Assembly (NCBI GenBank): GCA_964464605.1
Contig: CAYXJN010000009.1
Span: 64,001 to 128,000 of the forward strand
Source of the DNA: an uncultured Ignavibacteriales bacterium
Lineage (GTDB): Bacteria; Zixibacteria; MSB-5A5; GN15; FEB-12
Reading direction: 5' to 3'
Length of the DNA stretch: 64,000 nucleotides
A model generated the notes under the pieces. It was not told where the DNA came from and ran no database searches. It saw only the letters and a program-made list of their open reading frames with translations. This document shows, piece after piece, positions 38,674-49,900 of the stretch. The first letter of the stretch is position 1, and the number at the start of each line of letters is the position of its first letter. The translations under genes were made by a program, and so were the position numbers.

Positions 38674-41600
38674 GTGTATTTAAAGCAGCTTGAGATTATC
38701 GGATTCAAATCCTTTGCCAATAAGACGACCGTTTCTTTTTCCAACGGTATAACCGCCATTGTCGGGCCGAACGGATGCGGCAAAACAAACATTCTCGACT
38801 CCCTTCGCTGGGTGCTGGGGGAACAGCGCGTTTCGCTTTTGCGCGGCAGCAAGATGGAAGAAGTTATTTTTAACGGCTCAAAAGATATTCCGCCGCTCGG
38901 CATGTCCGAAGTCACGCTTACGGTCGTCAACGACCGCGGCGTATTGCCGACCGAATACAACGAATTGCAGATCACCCGCCGATTATTCAGAAGCGGCGAA
39001 TCGGAATACCTGCTGAACAAAGTCCCCTGTCGCTTAAAAGATATTGCTGAATTGTTCTATGACACCGGTATGGGTGCGCACTCGTACTCGGTTATTCAGC
39101 AGGATATGATCGAAGCGGTTATTTCCGACAAAGCAGAAGAGCGCCGTTTCTTATTCGAAGAAGCTGCCGGAATCACCAAATACAAACAGCGTAAACGAGC
39201 AGCCTTACGCAAACTGGAAGCTACCGAGCAGGACTTTTTGCGCCTGAACGATATTTACACTGAAGTAAAGTCACAGGTGGAATCGCTGCGCCGTCAGCAG
39301 AAGAAAGCGGAGAAATATCAGTCGATCGCGACCGACGTCAAAGCGTGGGATTTGTATCTCAACGCTTCCCGTGTGCAGAACTGCGAAACCGAGCGCCGCA
39401 AGCTGATGGCGGAACGGGATGAATTCCAAAATCAGGTTGCGCACCACGATGCTATCCTCGCCGGACTGAGCGCCGAAGTGGAAACGCTCCGCACCAGCCA
39501 GCTTGAGATCGAAACTGATTTAAGCAAAGCATCGGCTCGCGTCTACGAACTCTCCGAATCCGCCCACGCCAGTGAACGTGAACTTTCCGTGCTCAATGAA
39601 AAACGCGGCAATGCGGTTTCGCTGATCGAGAAAAATAGAAATGAAATCACCGGCTTGTCCGCCCGTCAGGAAACGATTCAGGAAGGGCAAAAGCAAGTTG
39701 AAGAAGAACTGACGCAGCATCGCCAGAGCTTCGAACAGATAACCGGCGAAGTGACCCAGGCGGAACAGGCACAAGCCGCCGCCGACAAAGCGCTTTTCAC
39801 CGCCCGTGCCGGAAAAGATCAGGAGAACAAGAAGCTGATCGAACTGGAAGGGCGTCTTTCCTCAGGGAAAACCGAAGAGGAAAGCCTGCGGGAGCAGGAA
39901 CAGGAATTCACCAAGCAGAGTGAAGTATTAAATACCGAAATCAATTCCCGTCAGACACAGTTACAGCAAACACTCGCACGCTACGAAGCGTTACTCGCGC
40001 AGTTAGAAGAGTTCAAAACAACCAAGCGCACACAGGAAGAAAAGCATACCGCTTTAAATACCGAAATCGAATCATTAATTGAATCCGGCGAAACCAGCTC
40101 GGATGAAATCGCTTCGCTGACTGCCTCCCTCGAAGCCGCACAAGCGCGTCGCAGCTTGTTAGCAGACATGATTCTGCATTACGAAGGATACGGTTCAGGC
40201 GTGCAGGCGGTGATGGAATCCCGCTCCCAGTGGCCCGGTATCAGCGGTACGGTTGCTGAAAAATTCGTTCCGGTTGAAGGAATGGAAGCTGCGCTGGAAG
40301 CTGCCCTTGGTGATTGGTCCGGCTATGTTATCTGCAAAGACCGCTCCACCGCCGAATCAGTGATCAACTGGGTACGAAGCGAGAAAAAAGGAAAGCTTGG
40401 TACGCTTTTACCCGATACCGGTACACTTAATCCGGTAGTGAAGCGTCCTGAACTCAGCATTCCGGAATTTGTGGGTTGGCTGGACAGTTTTGTTTCAACA
40501 GATGATTCCCTCCGCATGCTCATGCAGGCGACACTCTCCCGAATCGCCGTATTCAAAGCAGGCACATCTCCCGATGAGTTACTGACCCGTCTTCCCTATG
40601 GTTTCAGCGCGGTGTCGACTGACGGTATTCTCTACAGCAAAAACGTCGTGACGGGCGGCAGCACCGACAGCTTCCCGCTGTTCCGCCGTCAGGAAAAAGT
40701 CGAAGAACAAGATAAGATTATTACGACCATCAACACCCAGCTTGAAACGGCGAAAGAAAATAAAAACCGTCTCACCGCTCGTCTTGCTGCCGCCCGCGCT
40801 GAATGGCAGGCGATGGCCGGACAGCTTGAAGAATCGACTGAAAAAATTCAGGATCTGCAAGGCCAGAGCAGCGAAAGCGAATATCAAAAGCGGACGCTTG
40901 AAACTGATATTGACCGTTTGACCAAAGAAAAACAGCAGGCGACAGAAAGAGTCGAAAAAATTCGCCATCGCCAGTACACACTTGGTCTTGATTTCGGCAC
41001 CCTCTCCAATCAGAAACAGGAATTGGAAGGGGAAATCTACCGCTCACACGAGCATCTGGAAGATTTGGAACGTCAGGCAACCGCTGCACTCGAACGCGTT
41101 GCGAAATTGCAGATGGCGTCCCTCGAAGCCCGTAACCGCATCGAACAGGCCGAAAGCAAAATGCGGCATCAGGAAGAAATTATTAACGACCTCCGTGCAA
41201 CTATCGCACAAAAGCAGCAGGAGATCGCCACCGCTGAACAGGATATCACCGGATTCGACCAGCAATCTGCGTCGCTTGAGACTTCGTTAAAGAGTCTTTT
41301 CACCGAACGCGCTTCCGCAATAGAAGGACAAACTGCGCTACAGGCGAAACAGGGGGAAATGCAGAAACAGACCTCCGCCGCCGAAGCGAAAGTGCGGGAA
41401 AGCCGCTCCTCGCGCGACAGCATCACCAGCGAGAGCCACCGTCTGGAACTCAAACTGACGGCAATGGATTCCGAACTCAACACCGTCATCGCCCGCATGC
41501 AGGAAGAATACGATGTCGACATCACGAACATCGTTGCCCTCTGCCCTGATCAGAATATTCCGGAAAACGAAGCACGCGAACACCTGGCACGGCAGAAAGA

Positions 41601-42333
41601 ATCACTCAAACGGTTCGGCGCCGTTAATTTGCTCGCGCTCGAAGAATTCCAGGCTGCCAGCGAACGGGAAAAATTCCTGAACGAACAACTGACCGACCTG
41701 AAGTCAGCCAAAGCCGACTTACAGGAAACGATCGCCAAGATCAACACTACTGCCAAGCAGATGTTTGTCGAGACCTTCGAAAAAGTCAAAACTAACTTCA
41801 AAAATTTATTTGTCGAACTCTTCACCGGTGGTGAAGCGGACATCACGCTTGAAGACCCGAACAATCCGCTCGAATCGAATATCGACATTATCGCCCGCCC
41901 TCGCGGTAAGAAGATTCTCTCTATCACCATGATGTCCGGCGGTGAGCGCGCTCTGACTGCGATTTCACTCTTGTTCTCGCTTTATTTGGTAAAGCCGTCA
42001 CCGTTCTGTATCTTGGACGAAATCGACGCTCCGCTCGATGATGCCAACTGCAACCGTTTCCTGAAGATCATTCGTACCTTCTCGAAACAGACGCAGTTCA
42101 TTACGATTACGCACAACAAGATTACGATGGCCGCGGCCGACAATCTGTATGGCGTAACCATGGAGCAGCCCGGTATTTCCAAATTGGTGGGTGTTCGTTT
42201 CGGCGCCGATCAGGCCGGACAGCGGGATACGGTCCGGATACAAAAAGAGGAACCGGCTGCAGAGACATTCGCGCAGGAATCAGATACTGACGCAGTCGCG
42301 GTTGCGGACTCCGATGACGGCATTGATTCATAA
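38674..42333 (+). CDS. smc: Chromosome segregation protein SMC
   Basis: GFKSFA, GPNGCGKTN, coiled coils with hinge, MSGGERAL, LDEIDAPLD, ITHNK. Confidence 0.98.
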   Translation: MYLKQLEIIGFKSFANKTTVSFSNGITAIVGPNGCGKTNILDSLRWVLGEQRVSLLRGSKMEEVIFNGSKDIPPLGMSEVTLTVVNDRGVLPTEYNELQITRRLFRSGESEYLLNKVPCRLKDIAELFYDTGMGAHSYSVIQQDMIEAVISDKAEERRFLFEEAAGITKYKQRKRAALRKLEATEQDFLRLNDIYTEVKSQVESLRRQQKKAEKYQSIATDVKAWDLYLNASRVQNCETERRKLMAERDEFQNQVAHHDAILAGLSAEVETLRTSQLEIETDLSKASARVYELSESAHASERELSVLNEKRGNAVSLIEKNRNEITGLSARQETIQEGQKQVEEELTQHRQSFEQITGEVTQAEQAQAAADKALFTARAGKDQENKKLIELEGRLSSGKTEEESLREQEQEFTKQSEVLNTEINSRQTQLQQTLARYEALLAQLEEFKTTKRTQEEKHTALNTEIESLIESGETSSDEIASLTASLEAAQARRSLLADMILHYEGYGSGVQAVMESRSQWPGISGTVAEKFVPVEGMEAALEAALGDWSGYVICKDRSTAESVINWVRSEKKGKLGTLLPDTGTLNPVVKRPELSIPEFVGWLDSFVSTDDSLRMLMQATLSRIAVFKAGTSPDELLTRLPYGFSAVSTDGILYSKNVVTGGSTDSFPLFRRQEKVEEQDKIITTINTQLETAKENKNRLTARLAAARAEWQAMAGQLEESTEKIQDLQGQSSESEYQKRTLETDIDRLTKEKQQATERVEKIRHRQYTLGLDFGTLSNQKQELEGEIYRSHEHLEDLERQATAALERVAKLQMASLEARNRIEQAESKMRHQEEIINDLRATIAQKQQEIATAEQDITGFDQQSASLETSLKSLFTERASAIEGQTALQAKQGEMQKQTSAAEAKVRESRSSRDSITSESHRLELKLTAMDSELNTVIARMQEEYDVDITNIVALCPDQNIPENEAREHLARQKESLKRFGAVNLLALEEFQAASEREKFLNEQLTDLKSAKADLQETIAKINTTAKQMFVETFEKVKTNFKNLFVELFTGGEADITLEDPNNPLESNIDIIARPRGKKILSITMMSGGERALTAISLLFSLYLVKPSPFCILDEIDAPLDDANCNRFLKIIRTFSKQTQFITITHNKITMAAADNLYGVTMEQPGISKLVGVRFGADQAGQRDTVRIQKEEPAAETFAQESDTDAVAVADSDDGIDS

Positions 42334-42359
42334 GCCGGATTGTTTGCAACTTCCGGCCC

Positions 42360-43286
42360 ATGTTCAACCCATTTAAAAAACTTACCGAGTCGCTGGCGAA
42401 AACCCGCGACAAAATTATCGGCGCTATCTCAAGCGTGGTGGCATCCCGGAAACTGGATGAAGCCCTGCTTGAAGAGATCGAAGAAATTCTTATTCAATCC
42501 GATGTCGGCTTCAAAGCCTCTACCCGCTTAATCGACCATATCAAAAAAGCCGCTCGCGAAAAACGAATCACCGAGGGTGAAGCGGTTATCGACCTGCTCA
42601 AAGAAGAAATTGCTGCTATTCTCAATCCACAGGCAAGCAATCCTAAAATGGTAACTGGCACAGCCAGTCCGGAAGTTTGGCTGATTGTCGGGGTTAACGG
42701 AGTCGGCAAAACGACAACGATTGGAAAACTGGCGACTCGGTTATCTGCTGACGGGAAAAAAGTCATGATTGCCGCCTGCGATACGTTTAGAGCCGCCGCT
42801 ATCGATCAGATTGCTATCTGGGCGGAACGAAGCGGTGTCGACATTGTCCGTGCGCAGGATGGGGCTGACCCCTCTTCGGTCGCTTTCGATGCCGCCAAAG
42901 CGGCCCATGCCCGCGGAGTCGATATCCTGTTGGTTGATACTGCCGGACGGCTGCATACCAAGTCGCACTTGATGGAAGAACTAAAAAAAATCAAACGGAC
43001 AGTCAATAAAGCGGTTCCTGATTCGCCGATATTGAGCAAACTGATTATCGACGGTTCCACCGGCCAAAATGCCCTTTCGCAGGTGCAGGTATTCACCGAA
43101 GCAGTCGGATGTGACGGGCTGATTATTACCAAGCTGGATGGCACCGCCAAAGGTGGCATTGTTATCGCCATTGCTGAGGAGATGAAAATTCCGGTGGATT
43201 ATATCGGTATTGGTGAAGGCATCGAAGACTTACAGAAATTCGAAGCCAAGCAATTCGTCGATGCACTGTTTGCAAAAGTGGGATAA
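42360..43286 (+). CDS. ftsY: SRP receptor FtsY
   Basis: GVNGVGKTTT, DTFRAAA, DTAGR, TKLDGTAKGG, GIGE..EDL. Confidence 0.98.
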   Translation: MFNPFKKLTESLAKTRDKIIGAISSVVASRKLDEALLEEIEEILIQSDVGFKASTRLIDHIKKAAREKRITEGEAVIDLLKEEIAAILNPQASNPKMVTGTASPEVWLIVGVNGVGKTTTIGKLATRLSADGKKVMIAACDTFRAAAIDQIAIWAERSGVDIVRAQDGADPSSVAFDAAKAAHARGVDILLVDTAGRLHTKSHLMEELKKIKRTVNKAVPDSPILSKLIIDGSTGQNALSQVQVFTEAVGCDGLIITKLDGTAKGGIVIAIAEEMKIPVDYIGIGEGIEDLQKFEAKQFVDALFAKVG

Positions 43287-43293
43287 ACATGAA

Positions 43294-43368
43294 CACACCC
43301 TAAAGGGTGTGCTACCCGAATTATGAACTTATGAATCAGGTGCCCTACCTTTTAAGGTGGGTTCCTAC
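43294..43368. repeat. Two REP-like palindromes (family A)
   Basis: CACACCC-TAAA-GGGTGTG-CTAC (43294-43315) and GTGCCCTACCTT-TT-AAGGTGGGTTC-CTAC (43340-43368); near copies lie at 53289-53359. Confidence 0.7.
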
Positions 43369-43380
43369 CAAAGAAACTGC

Positions 43381-43851
43381 ATGACCAGAATCCGCATCAT
43401 TACAATTGGCAAAGATAAAGACAGTTGGGTAACCGACGGATTAGCCCATTACGAAAAGCTGTTGTCCCGCTGGGCGAAAATCGACTGGATGCTGCTCCCT
43501 CATCCGAAGCAGCTTTCTTCAGACACGCCGGATGCCGTCAAGCAGGCCGAAGGGGGACGTTTGCTGGATGCTATCGGCGACAGCAAGTTCATCGCGCTGA
43601 CGATTACCGGAAACGAGTACGACAGCCTTGCCTTCAGCAAACAACTAAGCAAATGGCAGGAACAGTTTGGCGGGAAACTAACGTTCGTTATCGGCGGCGC
43701 ATATGGATTGGATGCGACACTGATCAAAAAAGCTTCCGCGTTTCTCTCCCTCTCCCCACTTACCTTTTCGCACCAATTGACCCGCCTGGTTTTGCTCGAG
43801 CAACTGTTTCGCGGATTCAGCATTCTCAACAATACCGACTACCACAAATAA
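43381..43851 (+). CDS. rlmH: 23S rRNA pseudouridine-1915 methyltransferase
   Basis: IITIGK, FVIGGAYGL, LSLSPLTFSHQL.RLVLLEQLFR, YHK. Confidence 0.96.
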   Translation: MTRIRIITIGKDKDSWVTDGLAHYEKLLSRWAKIDWMLLPHPKQLSSDTPDAVKQAEGGRLLDAIGDSKFIALTITGNEYDSLAFSKQLSKWQEQFGGKLTFVIGGAYGLDATLIKKASAFLSLSPLTFSHQLTRLVLLEQLFRGFSILNNTDYHK

Positions 43852-43854
43852 TAA

Positions 43855-43882
43855 GCGCCCGGATACATACGTATCCGGGCGC
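43855..43882. terminator. Terminator hairpin between the convergent rlmH and giant-protein genes
   Basis: Perfect 12-bp stem GCGCCCGGATAC-ATAC-GTATCCGGGCGC; TTATTATTT follows on the minus strand. Confidence 0.8.
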
Positions 43883-43913
43883 CTGCGAGGAAAGATAAGA
43901 GAGGGGGGAAATC

Positions 43914-46900
43914 TTATTTAATCAGCACCATCTTCTTGCTGGCGGAATAACTGCCTGCTTCCAGACGGTAGAAATAGACACCGGAGGCCGATTTGGCACC
44001 GTCGCTTGAGCAGCCATCCCAGATAACTTTCTGCTCACCCGCCTGAGAGGCGCCGCTGTACTCACGTACCATCGCGCCGGTCACGGTGTAAATCTTCAGT
44101 TTCCACTCGCATGCATTCGGCAGAGCGAAGGCAATTGTCGTGGTCGGGTTGAACGGATTCGGATAGTTCTGAGATAAGCTGAAGTTAGTCGGCACAGCTG
44201 CGTTACCCTTGCCAACGGTGAATGGCTGGCCTTCGTAGTTCACGATTTCAGCCGACACCAACTCAAGCGTGCCGTCACCGGAAACCGGGATTGCAATCAG
44301 CTCACGTTCACCGGAACTGATTCGCTCAGTGCCGATCTTCGAAACCAGTATTCTCAGTTGATTATCTTCAACCGACCAGAGCATATCCATTTGCTGCGCA
44401 TCGGCGGCCAGGCGAGGGATATCGATAACTGCGTTATCTGTAATGGCGTAGACTAAGCGCATCGCGCCGATTTCATCGACAGAGTTCGTCGTTACCAGCA
44501 TCTCGCCATTTTCAAACGTATTGTTCAGTGCCATCGGCGTCGGAACCGGGTTCAGTTTCGGAGACGGCGGCGCATCACCGGTGATGATACGAATCATTAG
44601 CACCAAGTCGGCCACTGATAACGTTAAACCGTCACGGTTGACATCGGATGCCGCAATCTGACCGGGGATATTGATATTGAATACGCTCAAACCGCGTACG
44701 AAATAGTTGGAGTACAACACGGCGTCTGCGATTTCATACGGCACTTCGTTCAAGTTAATATCACCGCGGGCATCGATCGAATCCGGATGGATCACGCAGA
44801 TACCGCCGTTTATAAATTCGATACAGCGGGTCGGAAGCGTTTTGGCGTCATCATTCAAGCAAACATCCGGGGCGCCTAATCCGACCGGGCGGCCAGATTC
44901 GGGATAATGCACGTTATCATCTTCATCCCATAGCAAGGCGCTTTCAGGTCCATAAATTCGCTTGTCGATAAACAATTCGGTACCGGCAAGATTGGAGAAA
45001 CTGTTATCGCCGCAATCATACCAGACGAATGAAATCGGCAGGAACTGATCACCAAGCGTTTGATCGTTGGCGACCAGGAAATTGATTCGCGCCAAACGGC
45101 CATTCGGCTCGAGTGTTGACGCCGGCGGATGGTGTGCGCCGTTGTTGGCATCAGCGATACCGATAAAGCGTATTAATCCGGCAGGACACGGACCATTACA
45201 GGCGGCCGAGTTCAGGCGGTAGGTGAAATATTCCCAACCGTCTATAGCGCCGTCCTGAATAGTCACCGATTGGAATTGCATGACGGAAGCGTCGAATTTA
45301 AGCAGGACATCGAATCCGCCGATCGCATCATTTGTTTCAATCATCAAATCAACCGGCGTAGTCAAACCGACTGGTGTGCAGGGGCCGGCCTCAAGCCAGA
45401 TTCTCACGCACAGATCGCAGTTTTCTTTTTCGGTTACGATGACAGAGAATGAATTAACGGTAGTATCGCAGCCGTCGGATGCTGAAACGCAGAATTCAAA
45501 GGTACCGAAACCATCCGGTACAAAACAAATCTTACCGCTATCGGGACGAGTCAAGGTCAGCGTACCGGGACCGCAAATCTTGGTGAGCGTGGCAGCCGAA
45601 CGGGTGTCGTGCGCGAAGATACCGTCGATACAAATCGGTTCGGTGTCATCCGCACAGCGTTCAATACTGAATGAAACCGGCACGGTCAAAATCGGCGGTG
45701 TATCGGCAGTGACATTGAGCTGCAAGTCACAGGTATCGACACCGCACATATTCGTACCGATAATCTTAAATGCTTTAGAGCCGGCAGTCGTAACCGGTAC
45801 GCAGACATAACCGCCTGAATAATAGCCGCTCGGCTGGACGGAAACCGTCACACCGGTTCCGGTAACCGTAACCGGCACACAAATCGTATCCGGGCTGACT
45901 AAACAAAGGGTGGTATCGATAAATCCGGGGCAGGTTACTACCGGCGGCTGCGCCTTTGTCACGTTGACAGTAAAGTTACAGGTATCGGCATCGCAAGTCG
46001 CCTGCGCGATGACGCGAACCGAGAAAGTTTCGGTATTGGAAACCGGAATACACAACTGGCCGGTTTGCGCGTTATAGGTACCGCGAGATACCGTAACCGC
46101 CGCGTTAGCCGGAGTTATCGGAATGCTTACGCAAATCGTATCCGTTCCGCAAATCGTAAAGAACTGCGTCTGCGGGCAGGTGATATTCGCAAAGCTTCCC
46201 TGTACGACGTTAATCATAGCGGTATCCGATTTGAACACGCCGCAGGAATCGGTTGCACGAATAATCAGGGTATACATACCGAACGAAGGGGGCGTGAAAC
46301 AAACCTGATTACCGTTTATCTGACCGAGAGTGGTAATAATCTGCGTAATCGAATTGTCCGGATCACTGTACGAAATCGGAAGACAAATTTGCTGTAGCGC
46401 ACACAACGTAATCGTCGTGTCACGACCGGCATTGACCACCGGCGGTTTGTTGACCGTCGCGTTTACGGAGAATGTGCAGGTATCCGCTCCGCATGGGCCG
46501 TTGCCAATCACGCGAATCGTGTAAAATCCAGTTTGGGTAATCGGTACGCAGACCTGCGTCCCATTTAAATAACCGGGACCGCTTATACTGAGCGATGTTA
46601 CACTTGCTGATTTGGCAATATCGAAACAGAGCGTATCAGCCACGCACAGTTTTACTGTCGTATCGCCGGGGCAGGTGACCACAGCCGTCGGCTGAATAGT
46701 TACCGGCACGGTAACGACACAGGTATCGGTATTACAAACACCGGAAGCGATGACCCGAATTTGATAAGTACCGCTGGTATCGGCATTGAAGCAAAGTTGC
46801 CCGTTTGCCCAGGTACCATAATTCGGAGTAACGGTAACATTTGCACCAGTCACCACCAACGGAACACAAACCTGACCGGGTGCGCAGAGCGGTGAAACCG

Positions 46901-49900
46901 CCAGCGGACCGGACGGACATTGAATATCGACAGGCGTAATAGTCTGGACATGCACGGTAATCAACGAAGTATCAGCCGCACCGCACACATCTTTTGCGAT
47001 AACAGTTAACTGGAATGTTCCCACCTGATTGGGCGTGAAGCAAACTGTTCCGTTGGCCGGGTTATACGTTCCGAGATTAGTCGTAATCGTTACTGCCTGA
47101 CCGCCATCGTACCCGCTTACCGGAATACATATCTGCTCGGTAAGACTGCAAAGAGCAACAGAGGTATCAAGCACAGCCGGAGTAATGACCGGCGGGTTGT
47201 TATTGTTAACCGTGACAAACAAGGTATCCATATCCGACTTTCCGCAAGAATCGGTCGCGGAAGCGAATATCCGATAGACACCCATCGTGTCGGCAGTGAA
47301 GCAGATACGGCCGCTGAACGGATCATATAAGCCGCCGGTGACGGTTATATTGGCGATATTATGATCGGCATCGCTGATACCTACCGGTACACAGATCTGT
47401 GATGAAGCGCAAATGCCGGTCGTGTAGTTCGGCGGCAGAATAACCAATGGTGCATCGTTGCATTTCACATCGACATTGAATACACCGGTAAACGTGTTAC
47501 ACGTCGTCGATACTTTTACCGTGATTTTGGTTTTAACCGCGCACTGCGACGTCAAACAAACACTCTGTGTCTGCGCATTCCAGCTTGCACCGATACCGGA
47601 AACGGTTACGGTTGCACCGGCTGGTATTCCCAAAACCGGGAAACAGAAGGTGTTGTTGTCGCAGACCATGACCGTTGTATCTTTCGGCCAGGTAATTTTA
47701 ACATTTTGATCAGTCGTAATCGTTACATACGAAGTGTCTTTTACCACTGAACCGCAGCTATCGGTTACAGTCACGATAATCGGATAGACACCGGCGCCAT
47801 ACGGCACGAAGCAAACCTGGCCATTCGAATATTGTCCGCGATTGACGGTAATCGTCTTGATATCACCATCCGCATCGGCAATCGAAACCGGCAGACAGAT
47901 TTTAGTCGGATAACAAAGATAGAGCGAAGTATCGGGCATTCCAACAATGACCGGAGCGTTGCCGGTGGTAACGGTGACATTAACAGTGTCTTCAGCAAAT
48001 GCACCGCAAGTATTACGCGTTGTAACAATAACTTCGTAAACACCGGTCGTATCGGGTACAAAGCAAATTTTACCGGTTAGACTTCCAATACCGGAGTATG
48101 TTACCGTTCCGATGTTACTTGCAACGCCTATTTCGTCACCTGTCAATCCGACATTGACACAAATGGTGTCTATCCCGCATCCACTGACATCAAAATCTTC
48201 ACCCAATGATACCGGGGAATAATATTTCGGCGTGAATGTAACGAATGTGGTGTCACTGTCCGTAGCACCACAAGAATCTGTTGCTGTAACAATAATCTCA
48301 TAGACACCGGCTGAATCCGGTAAGAAACAAAGCTTCCAAGTATTTTCGCTCGAACCAGGCGATAGATCTCCATAGTTTGAAGTAATACTAAGAAGAGTGT
48401 TATCTGCATCATTTACATGAGCTATGTTGAAACACTGTGGTACATCAGTGCACATTGACATAGAAAAATCTGGCACATTTGTCACCACCGGTGGCGCTCC
48501 GCCGCCGATAGTAACTGCAATACTAAACCGTTCCACCCAGAAGGCACCGCAGGAATCATACAGCGTGACCGTGCCGGTGTAGTAACCGGTGCCGGCCGGA
48601 GTATAACACCATTCTCTGGTTTCAGGATTAAAGGTTCCGATACTCGCTACCGCTGAATCAAACGGTGCATCGGTACCGATAGGCAGACAAATCTGCTGCG
48701 GAGTACATTGCGTATAAACTTGTAAGGCGTTTTCATGCACTAACGGCGAGAAAAGCACATACACAGTGGATGTATCACTTGATTGGCGGCCGCATGAATC
48801 GGTTGCGCTCACGATAAAAACATAGGTGCGCTGGCTTTCAATAGGTTCAAAGCAGATAGTGCCATTTTCAACGTTATAAGAACCGATATTCGACTGCACG
48901 GTCGCACCGGGAACCGTTTCAACTGGGATACAGACAGTAGTCTGGTTCGTACAGACTAATAATGTATCATGATTGTTGCCGACCGAAATAACCGGCGGCA
49001 CACCGGCGCCGACGTTCACAGTGACGGTATCAACACCTTCACCGCCGCACTGATCAATGACCCGAACGACAACCTGATATGAACCGACCTGACCGGGTAA
49101 GAAACAAACTTCCCCGGTTTCGGCGTTATAGCTGCCGACCGAAGGAATAACTTGTTCGATAGTACCACCCGTAATGGTCAGCGGAATACAGATAGAGTCA
49201 GTACCGCACAAACTGGTACTGAAATCACCGCCGAGTGAAACAACCGGCGGAACACCGCTGCCGACAGTGATAACAACGGTATCGACAGCTTCCGCGCCGC
49301 AGGCATCTACTACCCGGACGATAACCGGGTACGAACCGGACTGTTCGAGCACCACGCACAACTCACCGGTTTGCGCATTGTAGTTGCCGATTGAAGGAAA
49401 AACTTGTTCGATATTGTCATCAGTAATCGTTATAGGGAAACAAACTGTATCGACACCGCAGAAATTGGCGGCGAAATCATCACCAAGATCAACAACGGGC
49501 GGTGGATTAACATCAACCGTGACAAGCGTTGTGTCGCTGTCCCATGCGCCGCAGGAATCAGTCGCGGTAGTAATAATTGTATACACACCGGCGGTATCGG
49601 CAGTGAAACAGACCTGATGAGTCTGGTTGTTATAGGTGCCGATATTCGAAACGATTGTTGCGATATCTAAATCTTGATCATCTGCGTTAACAGTTACGCA
49701 AATCTGCTCCGGTCCGCACAACGACATGCTGAAATCATTGGCGCTGGTAACGTAGGGAGGGCGGTTTCCTTCCACCGTGACCGTTACCGTACAGGTATCA
49801 GCCGCTCCGCAGGAATCGGTCGCCGCAACGGTGACATTGTAAACTCCGGTGCCTTCAACCGGAATACAGAGTGTAGTACCGTTCAGCCAGCCAGAGCCGC

